Positions 25,286 through 34,611 of a stretch of DNA of 64,000 nt are shown piece by piece. Source of the stretch: a virus (Duplodnaviria; Caudoviricetes); IMG/VR virus record IMGVR_UViG_3300010351_000300, positions 422 through 64,421 of that record, one strand, 5' to 3'. Under the pieces are notes generated by a model, which saw only the letters and a list, made by a program, of their open reading frames with translations, made no database searches and had not been told where the DNA came from. Positions within the stretch are counted from its first letter, which is position 1. The number at the start of each line of letters is the position of its first letter. A program made the position numbers and the translations under genes.

Positions 25286-25821
25286 TGCGTACACCGCAAG
25301 TTCTGCTCGGAGTGTTACGATGCGCAGGACCGAGCCAGTGGGAGAATGTGGTATGTGAATCATTTCCCGATGTAGTGGTGCAGGCACAAGATATCGGGGC
25401 ATGGGGGGTTTCCCCATTCACGCATGAAGTGGCTCGTTCTTTGCTTTGTCATCCGTTTACACTTGAAGAAGCCAGTGAGATACTGGGCCGGATGCGAGCG
25501 TTTCATCAATGTTTCATTGGGTCTGTGTTCGAGAGCATGGACCCGGATGTCGTGTTGCGGGTGCGGCAGGCGGTCATGGAGCGGTCTGCGTTGGCAAAGA
25601 ACTTGAAACGGTTGTTGTATGAGCAGGACTATTCGTATGAAAGTGCAAAGGCTTTGTTGTCGGCTTCGCAGCGATTGGTAGTCGAAACGGAGCACGGGTC
25701 TTTGGACCCCATCTCACAGTATCTTCCGTGGCTGACGGAGCAGGCAGCGCATTCCCTGACAGGGTTGCCGATGGAAACACTCGGGCTACTGCGCTTTCTC
25801 TTTCTCGGGGAGAACAGCTAG
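25285..25821 (+). CDS. hypothetical protein (head region)
   Basis: 178-aa ORF coupled to the portal stop. Confidence 0.55.
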   Translation: MRTPQVLLGVLRCAGPSQWENVVCESFPDVVVQAQDIGAWGVSPFTHEVARSLLCHPFTLEEASEILGRMRAFHQCFIGSVFESMDPDVVLRVRQAVMERSALAKNLKRLLYEQDYSYESAKALLSASQRLVVETEHGSLDPISQYLPWLTEQAAHSLTGLPMETLGLLRFLFLGENS

Positions 25822-25908
25822 TCACTCGCTAGTGCGTATCTGAAACATCATATCCAAATACAGCATTCCCAAGATATACTCAAGGTAGAGGATAAGGAGG
25901 TTTCGCCA

Positions 25909-26334
25909 ATGGCGAGGGACACTATTGAGTTTTTGTTTCGGTCTGGCGATGTTTGTTTCGTCGGTGTCGGAAGTGCTGTTCATGGTTACACCCCTCGTAA
26001 GGGCGAGGCTTCTGATCTCGTAGTCTTTGAAAACTGCATTCGTGAGGCGTGTGCCTCCTCCCAACCTTTGGCGCAGCTTTCTGAACATGCTATCCTGTTG
26101 ATGCGTGAGGGTGAAGAGGCCGTAGCTGATGAAGCACCCCCACCTAGCACGCTCGATCCTTCTGAGTCCCCCTTCGAGGCGGTAGAAGACGTGTACCGTG
26201 AGTACATGAAGGACAAGTCTGCGGACTTTATTGCCGGTTTGAGAATTGGGTATGATCTTGGGTATTATGATTCCATTGTCGGGGATTTGCCTTCCGAAGA
26301 GGTAGAGGAACCCGCGCATGAGGGGGTAGAGTAA
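25909..26334 (+). CDS. hypothetical protein (head region)
   Basis: Strong AAGGAGGT RBS, preceded by an AAGATATACT box. Confidence 0.7.
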   Translation: MARDTIEFLFRSGDVCFVGVGSAVHGYTPRKGEASDLVVFENCIREACASSQPLAQLSEHAILLMREGEEAVADEAPPPSTLDPSESPFEAVEDVYREYMKDKSADFIAGLRIGYDLGYYDSIVGDLPSEEVEEPAHEGVE

Positions 26335-27734
26335 TGGAGAACGCTGTGAACGGTCTGGTTGATTACAAGGACTCCAACCCCTCGGATGTAATCAAGAAGG
26401 GTCGTAAGCACGAGCCTTTTCGTCAGGTGATTCAAAACTCCCTATCGTGTATGGCGTGTGGGTATACTCGTCCCTTGGAGGATCCGAAACCCAAGGCTCC
26501 GGTCACGGGCGCGGCGCAGGACAAAGCGGATCAGGTGTGTCCAGAGTGTGGGGCTATTCTGCACCGACTCTCTTCGGTCGAGTTGGCTTACTACGGGTTT
26601 GTAGACCCGGATTCCACACCAATTCAGATGGAGCTGTTGCCTGAACCCCAGAAGTCGGATGTCAAGTTTTCGTTCCTTCGCGGGGATGTTGAGGTGCCTA
26701 CGGTCGATGTCTATACTGGGGGCAAGGCACTCTCGTTTGCAATGGTTTCTCCGATAGGACAGAAAGAATCTACTTACAAGGACTTCCGGCAGCGGTTCGA
26801 GGCGACCTTGAAGCGTTCTTCTGCCTTGGCAATGCGCATGCTCGCGGAGAGTTGTGTTCTCGTGTTGGAGGATGGGCGGACCCCTCGGTTTGGGTATCGT
26901 GCCGGGGTCTTTGGACGTTCGAAACTTCCGTTGATCGAAAGTATCTCGCATGGATTGCCGATTACATTGGCGGAAGCACGGAAGGCAACCGTGCGGTTCG
27001 TCTCCGATGACAAGCGCATCCTTACTGTGGAGATCAACGGGAAGCGATTTGGTTTCACCCCGCGTGTGGGGTTCCCTGTTGATGGTGTGCAAGTTTCTGC
27101 GTCGATCTTCGAGGACTTTGTGCGCCGGTTCAAGAATCTGCGGGAAGATGCCGGGCGGGCTGTGTGCTTCCTCCTCGGGCACGGCGAGTTGACAGAAGCT
27201 GTCGTGCAGCCTGATGCTGTTGTAGTCCGTCCTTCTACTCCGCAGGCGTTTCTCCACATCGTGCGTAAGGCTATCGCCGAAGGCAGGCATTGGTCGGGTT
27301 CTCCACAGGGTATGACTCTGGCTGGTGACACCACGACTGTGCAGGGTTTGCTTGCGGAAGCGGATGCCAAAGCGGTTGTAATCGAAGATACAACCTCGGA
27401 AGATATGCCAGATGCCAACGTGGTGTTTGCCTCGCGTTTCCCCTCATATCGTGAATTCACACGGAAGGTGTTAGCCGGGGTGGGGGGCAATCCAGTTGAG
27501 TTCGGAGTTGCAGAACAGTCCCCTAATTTCAAGGTCAAGGGTGTGCCGGAAGCAACTCTGATTGAGATGATGGCCGCGTTGGGTGATGCAACTCCGCATT
27601 TGTCTCAGGGAGAGGACGGCTACACCTTCGTGCAGTCCTCGTTGAAGCTGGAACATATCCTCCCGGCTGCGGATGAGCGGCGTAGGGTGTTTGAGCAAGT
27701 GCAGATGTACGCTGCACCGAGAATGGAGAGTTAG
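26334..27734 (+). CDS. hypothetical head-region protein with zinc ribbon
   Basis: CMACG...CPECG, with several LxE|S/A/D sites. Confidence 0.7.
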   Translation: MENAVNGLVDYKDSNPSDVIKKGRKHEPFRQVIQNSLSCMACGYTRPLEDPKPKAPVTGAAQDKADQVCPECGAILHRLSSVELAYYGFVDPDSTPIQMELLPEPQKSDVKFSFLRGDVEVPTVDVYTGGKALSFAMVSPIGQKESTYKDFRQRFEATLKRSSALAMRMLAESCVLVLEDGRTPRFGYRAGVFGRSKLPLIESISHGLPITLAEARKATVRFVSDDKRILTVEINGKRFGFTPRVGFPVDGVQVSASIFEDFVRRFKNLREDAGRAVCFLLGHGELTEAVVQPDAVVVRPSTPQAFLHIVRKAIAEGRHWSGSPQGMTLAGDTTTVQGLLAEADAKAVVIEDTTSEDMPDANVVFASRFPSYREFTRKVLAGVGGNPVEFGVAEQSPNFKVKGVPEATLIEMMAALGDATPHLSQGEDGYTFVQSSLKLEHILPAADERRRVFEQVQMYAAPRMES

Positions 27735-27735
27735 A

Positions 27736-28152
27736 ATGGGTTTCGAGGCTATTGCTGTCACGTTGTGGGTAGCCTTCGTTCTCTCGGTTGTGGTCGAGGC
27801 AGCAGTCAAGACATTTGAGCGATTCTGGTTCTTCGGTGCGGCGGTGGCAAACAACTATCAGTACAAGAAGGCATTAGCCGCTAGGAATCTTCAGCCGGGG
27901 CAGGCGTATGAGGATTTGCGCCCCCACTTCTTGAAGCTGGTACTTGCGGTGGTGTGTATCATCGTCACGCTCCAGTTTCATTTCACCATCCTAGACCCGG
28001 CGATTCAGCTTGTGATGCCTGAATTCCAATCAGGTTTTCTGGGCTACTTGCTTACGGGTCTGGTAATCGGTCGTGGCAGCAATGTCACCCACTCGATAAT
28101 CGAGAAGATCAAGGTTTTTTCGCAGTCTTCAACAACTGCTAACAGGGGGTAG
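27736..28152 (+). CDS. putative holin-like membrane protein
   Basis: Three hydrophobic segments and the LLTGLVIGRGSNVTH motif typical of small phage membrane proteins. Confidence 0.55.
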   Translation: MGFEAIAVTLWVAFVLSVVVEAAVKTFERFWFFGAAVANNYQYKKALAARNLQPGQAYEDLRPHFLKLVLAVVCIIVTLQFHFTILDPAIQLVMPEFQSGFLGYLLTGLVIGRGSNVTHSIIEKIKVFSQSSTTANRG

Positions 28153-28155
28153 GGA

Positions 28156-31100
28156 ATGACTCGTCAGTTTGGAAGTTTGGTACAGGTACTCCGTGAGGAC
28201 GTTGAAGACGAGGTTCTTGACCCTTCTGCGGAGGATTTTGACGGGGCTGTCGAGGCAGAAGTAGACGATTTTGGCGGTGAGGACTCCACCCCGCAGCCGG
28301 TTGACAAGGTGACGGTTCTTACGTCTAGCAGCCTGTGTGACAAGGGTTTCTACATGGCTGTCCCACTCCCGGATGACGATGTTGCCAAGCAGGTGAAGGA
28401 AGAGGGGGCTTGGTACGCGAATGCTCTGGCAGTTGCGCTCAACCAGTTCCTCGTAGATAACGGGTACGCGGATGTGACTACACAGGCATTGGAGAGCGAA
28501 GACGACTCTACACTGCGTGTTTCCGTGCTCTGGGCCGGTGGGCAGGAAAGCGAACCCGATGCGGTACTGGCGTTGATGCAGGAGTTCATCAGTGGGCTGC
28601 ACGATCACCCGGTGCTGTCGATCATCGGGCAGACAGACCCCGAGCCGCAGGTACACGGTGCTGAATATCAGGTGGAAATCGAATTCCCGGAGCCTATTGA
28701 TGATGCTGCTGTGGCTAAGTACATGGATCGTTTGGCGCAAGCTCTTGGGGCGTGGGATGAGAAGAACGGGGTCGAAGACCAGAACTTGGCACTTCGTTAC
28801 GTAAATCACGGTGAGTACACACTGGTTGTTGCAGTTGATTCTCCGATGGAGATTCCGGAAGATGTCTTTGTCGATCAGGTGCCGGAAGACCAGAAGAAGG
28901 ATGAGACGGTTGGCGAAGAAGAGACACAGGAAGCCGAAGATGAAGTAGAGTCTGACACCGAAGAGGATGCTGCTGATCAGGAAGCCGAAGCTGGAGTAGA
29001 CGGTGAAGCCGAAGATGCTGAGAAGGAAGAAGATGAGGACGAAGAGAAGAAAAAGAAGACTGAATCCCGTCATCCCCTGAAGGAGGGCTACCGCGATGTT
29101 CTGGAGCAGATTCTTCGTAGGGTAGCCCATGATGTGGTATATGACGCTGCGTCTACCTATCAGCAAAGAGGTGGTGGCGCAGCCGCAGGAGGGCTTCCAG
29201 CTCGGTATTATCTATACATGAAGCCTGCAACGGCGACGGAATACGGTGATTTGCAGTTCTTCCGTGGTTGGGGAGATGAGCCTGATCCACGGTTAGAGGG
29301 TTGGGATCTTGTGACGGGTGAGAGTCTGATCATCGACTACCATGGATCTCTAGGTGAGGAAGTGGTCAGGAAGTGGTTGGAGGACAAGGCTCAAGTTAGA
29401 AGGCTTCCTCTGATTGCACAGAATGCTGAGAAGGAAGAAGATGAGGACGAAGAGAAGAAAAAGAAGACTGAATCCCGTCAGCCGGTGAAGGAAATGGCTA
29501 CAGGAACAGCCGTGCTTATGGCAGAAATCAGGAAGATGTTTCAGGCGATTCTTGCGAAACTTCCAGATCGCTGCAAGATCGACGCCGAGATTGGTCAGTA
29601 CCGGGGACAAGGTGATCTGTATCTTTCCGGCGTGGGAAACGACAGCGCAGACATAGACTTCAAGTGGACTATTTCGAGTGGTGTGGCAACGCAAAAGGTT
29701 CGTCCCGACTGGGGTGATGAACAGCCGATAGTCTTTTGTTTGGGATTTATTGATTCACCGCAAGTAAAGGCAACTGTGAAGGAAGAGTGGAACATTCCGT
29801 TTGATAAGGATATGCTTGATTACGCCGATCCTATTGCACAGTGGATTATGGCGTTTGCGGGGCTGAAGCCAAACACAGAATCCAAGAAGCGCACCAACGA
29901 GGGTCGGAAACGATTCAATACTCAGACAGGTATAGGTAAGTCGAAGCATGTTCTCAACTTTCATGATGGTGTGAAGACACATAAAGATGGTAGTGACTTC
30001 TATGATATCCGAATATTCTCCAACGCGAAGGATCTTGCTGCGTTTGTAGCTGATCTGAAATCGAAGGGGTATGTTGAAGAGAGCATTGAATCCAAGAAGC
30101 CTGCCTCGAAGGCCCGTCAGCACCATCTTGTTCAGGAGAAGACTATGGCCCTCACCCCTGAGACTGCCAAGGCTGCGGCTTGGGATGCAGGCAATGCCAG
30201 CATGCGCAAGGCTGGGCGTACCTCGTGGAACGAAGAAGATATGATGGCTGCGGATCAGGAAATGGCCCGATTGATGCGTAAGGTTGAGCCTGATAATCCT
30301 ACATGGTGGACTGACGAGGAGAGAAACGCTGGGGTGGCTACTGAGTCCCGTAGTAGGCTTCGTGAGTCGATGTTTGACTACTCACCCGACCCCATCCATT
30401 TCTCCGAAGACATGCCATATCTAGACAATGTGTTGGAGATGTGGAATGGTGCTCCAGAAGAGAACGGGGATTTGGAGTGGTCCGGCCCCTACCGTGATTT
30501 CTTGACGATGAACGATGACTCTACAGACGGTATTCCTCCGGAATCCTGCTACATGAAGCCCGGTGAGGAGCGAGTCGTTGGGGGTGGGGCGTATGCCACA
30601 TTCACCCTCAAACTCTCCAAGAATCAATGGGAAGAGGGAAAGCGGGGGTCTCGGAAGCGCCCTTTTCGCGAGTCTACGGAGCCTGAAGGCTCGAAATACA
30701 TCACTGTCAGCTACGATACAGTCACCCCGGAATCCGCTGAAGAGGGGGATGTTGCTGAAAGTGGCTGGGAGGATGAAGAGGGCGTAGACATGACGCCGGA
30801 TGAGATCGATGTCGAGGACGGGATCTCCGCTGTGGACAAGGCTGTGGACTATCTGCAGAAGAACGGCCCTATGGAGCCGTCGTCTTCGCAGTTCACCCCA
30901 CATACTTGGTACACACACTACGAGGGGCAAGATCCGAGTGATGGTTCGGAAACCAGCTACTCCTACCATCTGAATGGCTTTACTCCAGAGGAAGAGCAGG
31001 AGATTTACAGGCGTATGACGAGCAAGAACGAATCTCGGTTGCGCGATTTCAAGTCTGTGGCAGGGTGTTCGTATGTCGAATCAGGGCAGGCGATACCACG

Positions 31101-33435
31101 ACGCGAGTTTGACCTTGGTGGGGTGGAGCGATTTGGTAAGTATGTCAGTATAGTCAAGGACGGCCCAGCTTATCTTGTAAAGCGTCATCCTGACCATCCG
31201 GCTGGTAGAGCTATTGCTGGGGTATCTTCTCTGACACGGGCTCGTGCAGTTGCAAAGAGGCTGGAGCGGGGGGATACTGTTGGGGATATTGAGAAGGACT
31301 TGAAACAGGGTTTCATATCCGAGGGACAGTGGTCAGGGCAGGCGATACCACGACGCGAGTTTGACCTTGGTGGGGTGGAGCGATTTGGTAAGTATGTCAG
31401 TATAGTCAAGGACGGCCCAGCTTATCTTGTAAAGCGTCATCCTGACCATCCGGCTGGTAGAGCTATTGCTGGGGTATCTTCTCTGACACGGGCTCGTGCA
31501 GTTGCAAAGAGGCTGGAGCGGGGGGATACTGTTGGGGATATTGAGAAGGACTTGAAACAGGGTTTCATATCCGAGGGACAGTGGTCAGGGAAGGTCGATA
31601 CCGACTGGACACCCCCCGAGGGCTTCTTCAATCAGAGTGCAGAGAAGATCGCACGCGGGTTGGAGTCGGCTTCAACTGGATTGCAGCAAGCAATGTCTCG
31701 ACTGAATTTCTACATCAACCGGGCGGGAGAGAACCTGTCTGATGATGATAAGAAGCGGTTGGAGAAGGCGAAGGACGAGCTACATCATCTTTACGACCAG
31801 CGTGAGTCTGTGCAGAAGGAAAGCATCGTCCAAACCGACACTTCCGAAGAGCTGCGAAAGGTGACTCTCGCGTGCGAAGCTTCGGGCTTGAAGTACGCTG
31901 TGACAGGGAAGCAAGTCGTGATCTCTGGAACACACGCACAAGTCGAAGAATCGTTGAAGGCTGCTGGTGTTGATGTTGTGTGTGATGAAGCCAAGAAAGG
32001 GCCTCGTCCGCAGAAGCCGAAGGATCCCAGCCGCCGTCCGAAGGGACGTGGCAAGCCTCGGGAAATTCATGTACCGAAGCCTCGTCCTCGTCCCGAAGTC
32101 GATGAGTCCATTCAAGTGAAGCCGTTTAAGGCGGACTACTTCATCGATTTGCTGTCTACTGATGTGGATGAACTGACCAAAGCATCCTCAATCCTCCGTC
32201 GCAAGGGGTTGAAGGTCGGTCGGCCTCAGCGGGCAGTGGATTCATGGTTCGTGACCGTCTCCGGAGTTGCCGCAACCAGTGGAGCAGAGGCTAGGCAGTA
32301 CATTGCATCCTTGCTGAATCTATCCCGGTTAGCAGTGACAATGAGTGAGTCACATTCTAGTGAACCGGAGTCTATTGCAGCCTCGCTGGATCAGGCTACT
32401 CAGGAAACAATCGAACACGCACGTAGGTGTGTGGCCATTATGAACCAGCTTCCTGAAGGGACAACGATTCACAGCGGACGTAAGACATGGACTAAGACTA
32501 CCGTTGCAGGAGATATCTTCTGGACGGATGGGAAGCGTTGGGTGTCTAACGTAGTTATGGAGGTTGGTGCAAAGATTGCCTCTCAGATCACCGGAATTGA
32601 TATGTTCAATCCACCTCCGGTAGGGACGGTGCTATCTGTTGGGAAACACCAGACCACTGAGCGTGTTGACTCGGAATCTTCGGAGCAGCCTATCCGATAC
32701 GACCCAAATACGAATCGTCATAATGGGCAAAAACTTGTTCGGGGTGACTTGATTCGAGATACTGAGGGTAAGGTCTATATTCTGGACCGTGATCGCGGTT
32801 ATTTCCTGAATCTGGATGTTGCCGTGCAGAATCCAGAAGGAATGTGGCGTCCATCATCTCAAGGCAAGACCTTCAGTGTTGACCCCACAAATAAGGATGA
32901 GTACCACGGTGATCTCTTCCTTATGGGGAAGAATGTCTTCGAGTCCAAGTCCGTGGTTGTTGAGCAAGCACCCCCAGAGGACAGCGAAACAATGACTGTC
33001 AGTATCCCTACAGAGAAACTGGTAGACAGTCTGTTGCCAGTACCTCGTGGTTTTTTCCGTATGGGGACAGGGTTCGAACATGAAGACGGAGAGGGGTCGA
33101 TTGATGGTACCTCTGCATTGGGCCTTCAACTTGAAATGTACCCCGACTGGATTCTTTCCAGTGCTGAAGTGACGCCGGAGAATACAACGCTGACGCTCTA
33201 CAAGCAGGGTGTTCTGGATTACATGCAGGATTCCGGTCAGTGGGCTGCTGATGCTACTCTTGATTTTGCATCCGAGGAACTGAACGATCAGGATGCGATA
33301 GTGGCGTTCTTGCGGAATACATTGCACGAAGAGCTAGTGCAGCGTGTAGACCTGTTCGATTTCTACACACCGTCACCTTCCGATGATATGTCGGAACTTG
33401 ATGATGAAGAGATGAACGATGGGGATGCGGAGTAA
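28156..33435 (+). CDS. 1759-aa mosaic multi-module protein (putative head-cargo polyprotein)
   Basis: Acidic N-terminal region, then about 15 small modules bounded by xxE|S/G linkers. Includes a DUF3175-like module and two internal DNA repeats. Confidence 0.82.
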   Translation: MTRQFGSLVQVLREDVEDEVLDPSAEDFDGAVEAEVDDFGGEDSTPQPVDKVTVLTSSSLCDKGFYMAVPLPDDDVAKQVKEEGAWYANALAVALNQFLVDNGYADVTTQALESEDDSTLRVSVLWAGGQESEPDAVLALMQEFISGLHDHPVLSIIGQTDPEPQVHGAEYQVEIEFPEPIDDAAVAKYMDRLAQALGAWDEKNGVEDQNLALRYVNHGEYTLVVAVDSPMEIPEDVFVDQVPEDQKKDETVGEEETQEAEDEVESDTEEDAADQEAEAGVDGEAEDAEKEEDEDEEKKKKTESRHPLKEGYRDVLEQILRRVAHDVVYDAASTYQQRGGGAAAGGLPARYYLYMKPATATEYGDLQFFRGWGDEPDPRLEGWDLVTGESLIIDYHGSLGEEVVRKWLEDKAQVRRLPLIAQNAEKEEDEDEEKKKKTESRQPVKEMATGTAVLMAEIRKMFQAILAKLPDRCKIDAEIGQYRGQGDLYLSGVGNDSADIDFKWTISSGVATQKVRPDWGDEQPIVFCLGFIDSPQVKATVKEEWNIPFDKDMLDYADPIAQWIMAFAGLKPNTESKKRTNEGRKRFNTQTGIGKSKHVLNFHDGVKTHKDGSDFYDIRIFSNAKDLAAFVADLKSKGYVEESIESKKPASKARQHHLVQEKTMALTPETAKAAAWDAGNASMRKAGRTSWNEEDMMAADQEMARLMRKVEPDNPTWWTDEERNAGVATESRSRLRESMFDYSPDPIHFSEDMPYLDNVLEMWNGAPEENGDLEWSGPYRDFLTMNDDSTDGIPPESCYMKPGEERVVGGGAYATFTLKLSKNQWEEGKRGSRKRPFRESTEPEGSKYITVSYDTVTPESAEEGDVAESGWEDEEGVDMTPDEIDVEDGISAVDKAVDYLQKNGPMEPSSSQFTPHTWYTHYEGQDPSDGSETSYSYHLNGFTPEEEQEIYRRMTSKNESRLRDFKSVAGCSYVESGQAIPRREFDLGGVERFGKYVSIVKDGPAYLVKRHPDHPAGRAIAGVSSLTRARAVAKRLERGDTVGDIEKDLKQGFISEGQWSGQAIPRREFDLGGVERFGKYVSIVKDGPAYLVKRHPDHPAGRAIAGVSSLTRARAVAKRLERGDTVGDIEKDLKQGFISEGQWSGKVDTDWTPPEGFFNQSAEKIARGLESASTGLQQAMSRLNFYINRAGENLSDDDKKRLEKAKDELHHLYDQRESVQKESIVQTDTSEELRKVTLACEASGLKYAVTGKQVVISGTHAQVEESLKAAGVDVVCDEAKKGPRPQKPKDPSRRPKGRGKPREIHVPKPRPRPEVDESIQVKPFKADYFIDLLSTDVDELTKASSILRRKGLKVGRPQRAVDSWFVTVSGVAATSGAEARQYIASLLNLSRLAVTMSESHSSEPESIAASLDQATQETIEHARRCVAIMNQLPEGTTIHSGRKTWTKTTVAGDIFWTDGKRWVSNVVMEVGAKIASQITGIDMFNPPPVGTVLSVGKHQTTERVDSESSEQPIRYDPNTNRHNGQKLVRGDLIRDTEGKVYILDRDRGYFLNLDVAVQNPEGMWRPSSQGKTFSVDPTNKDEYHGDLFLMGKNVFESKSVVVEQAPPEDSETMTVSIPTEKLVDSLLPVPRGFFRMGTGFEHEDGEGSIDGTSALGLQLEMYPDWILSSAEVTPENTTLTLYKQGVLDYMQDSGQWAADATLDFASEELNDQDAIVAFLRNTLHEELVQRVDLFDFYTPSPSDDMSELDDEEMNDGDAE
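29015..29480. repeat. 58-bp direct repeats (29015-29072 and 29423-29480) flanking one protein module
   Basis: Identical ATGCTGAGAAGGAAGAAGATGAGGACGAAGAGAAGAAAAAGAAGACTGAATCCCGTCA, encoding the linker AEKEEDEDEEKKKKTESR. Period 408 bp, in frame. Confidence 0.97.
31081..31590. repeat. perfect 252-bp tandem duplication with TCAGGG at all three junctions
   Basis: 31081-31332 equals 31333-31584. TCAGGG at 31081, 31333 and 31585. The 84-codon module is duplicated in frame. Confidence 0.97.
31576..31806 (+). other. DUF3175-like module within the 1759-aa ORF
   Basis: WS..V...W.PPEG.F...A..IA..L...AMSRLNFYINRAGENL....RLEKAKDEL. Confidence 0.75.
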
Positions 33436-34000
33436 TTCTGTGTCTTTGCTTGAGAAGGATATCTCGATACAAGATCTGCGTAAGGCAACGGACCCCCTTT
33501 TCCTTCGGAATAAGGAGAGGTCGAAGGATGTTCATCTCAAGATCGCAGAGATCACTCCGGCGGGCACGATTGTTACGCTCTCGAATTCCGTGACCCTCAA
33601 GAGAGAGAATCACTGGCGACAGTCAATCAAACTACTGGATTGGGATGAGGCTCTTGAAGTGGACGGTTTGTCGTTTCCGGACAGAGCTAATCTCGCTGTC
33701 TTCGGGAGACTGCAAGTAAAGTGTTCATGCCCTGCATATTTATACTGGGGTTATGAGTATATAGAAACTCAGCTAGGTTCCGATAACATTGAGGTGCCTG
33801 ACTACGAGGGGAAAAAGGGTGGGGAGAAGCGGTATCCGAAGGTGCGAAATCCGAAGCTACGGGGTGTGATTTGTAAGCATTTGACCGCAGTTCTTCTTAC
33901 ACTGGAGCGGTCGATACCTGAAGTGGCATCAGCCATGGCGTCATACGCACGTCTAGGCAAGATCAAGGTTGGGTCTGGGAAGGTGCAAAATGCCGAATAA
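33419..34000 (+). CDS. SWIM-type zinc-finger protein
   Basis: KCSCPAYLYWG...CKHL. Confidence 0.7.
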   Translation: MGMRSNSVSLLEKDISIQDLRKATDPLFLRNKERSKDVHLKIAEITPAGTIVTLSNSVTLKRENHWRQSIKLLDWDEALEVDGLSFPDRANLAVFGRLQVKCSCPAYLYWGYEYIETQLGSDNIEVPDYEGKKGGEKRYPKVRNPKLRGVICKHLTAVLLTLERSIPEVASAMASYARLGKIKVGSGKVQNAE

Positions 34001-34601
34001 GGTTGTTTATCTTGGGGACTCTCTTTACGATGCAGTGCGTCTTGGGGTGGGGGATGCGACTGTTACCGTTCGTATCCAGAGGGCTAGTGATGGGTTTGGG
34101 TGGGACTTCACTCAGGAAACCTTCATTGCTGACCCAGCGGACCCGCAGGAAACTTTGACAGAGAGTGATCTCCTTGCCGGAGTGTATCTGTTCGATTTCG
34201 ATACAGATTTCCTTCTTGCAGAAGATACGCTTTATCTGTTGTACGAGTGCGGCACGGAGTCTTTCGAGGAGTTGCATGCAGTTCAGGTGCTTCATCGAGA
34301 TCGTTTGAGTGTTCAACTCGGTGTATCCTACGATTTCGAGGGGAACTTCCTGCATCTGGTAGCATCACTCAGTACCCCGCAGGCAATTCTCACAGATACA
34401 ACTCGTGTTACTTTCTCAGTTTACGATGAAGATGGAACGCTTGTTGTCGCTGCTACCCAAGTAACTGATAACGTGGGTGGGGTCTTCAAACTCGTGAAGG
34501 CTGCGGTCAATCTTAGTGAGCATTCATGCTATACTATTGTGGCCGTAGCAGAACATAACGGGCGTTCGTATCGCGGGACTTCCGCGCTGATTACAGTCTA
34601 G
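33990..34601 (+). CDS. hypothetical beta-rich virion-region protein
   Basis: About 203 aa, two Ig-like-looking halves, overlaps the previous stop. Confidence 0.6.
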   Translation: MPNKVVYLGDSLYDAVRLGVGDATVTVRIQRASDGFGWDFTQETFIADPADPQETLTESDLLAGVYLFDFDTDFLLAEDTLYLLYECGTESFEELHAVQVLHRDRLSVQLGVSYDFEGNFLHLVASLSTPQAILTDTTRVTFSVYDEDGTLVVAATQVTDNVGGVFKLVKAAVNLSEHSCYTIVAVAEHNGRSYRGTSALITV

Positions 34602-34611
34602 GGGGTTTGCT

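Noticed and set aside
29015-29480. Transposon or IS with target-site duplication
   Set aside because: There is no transposase or terminal inverted repeat, and the 58-bp duplication is too long for a typical TSD. It is treated as linker-mediated recombination instead.
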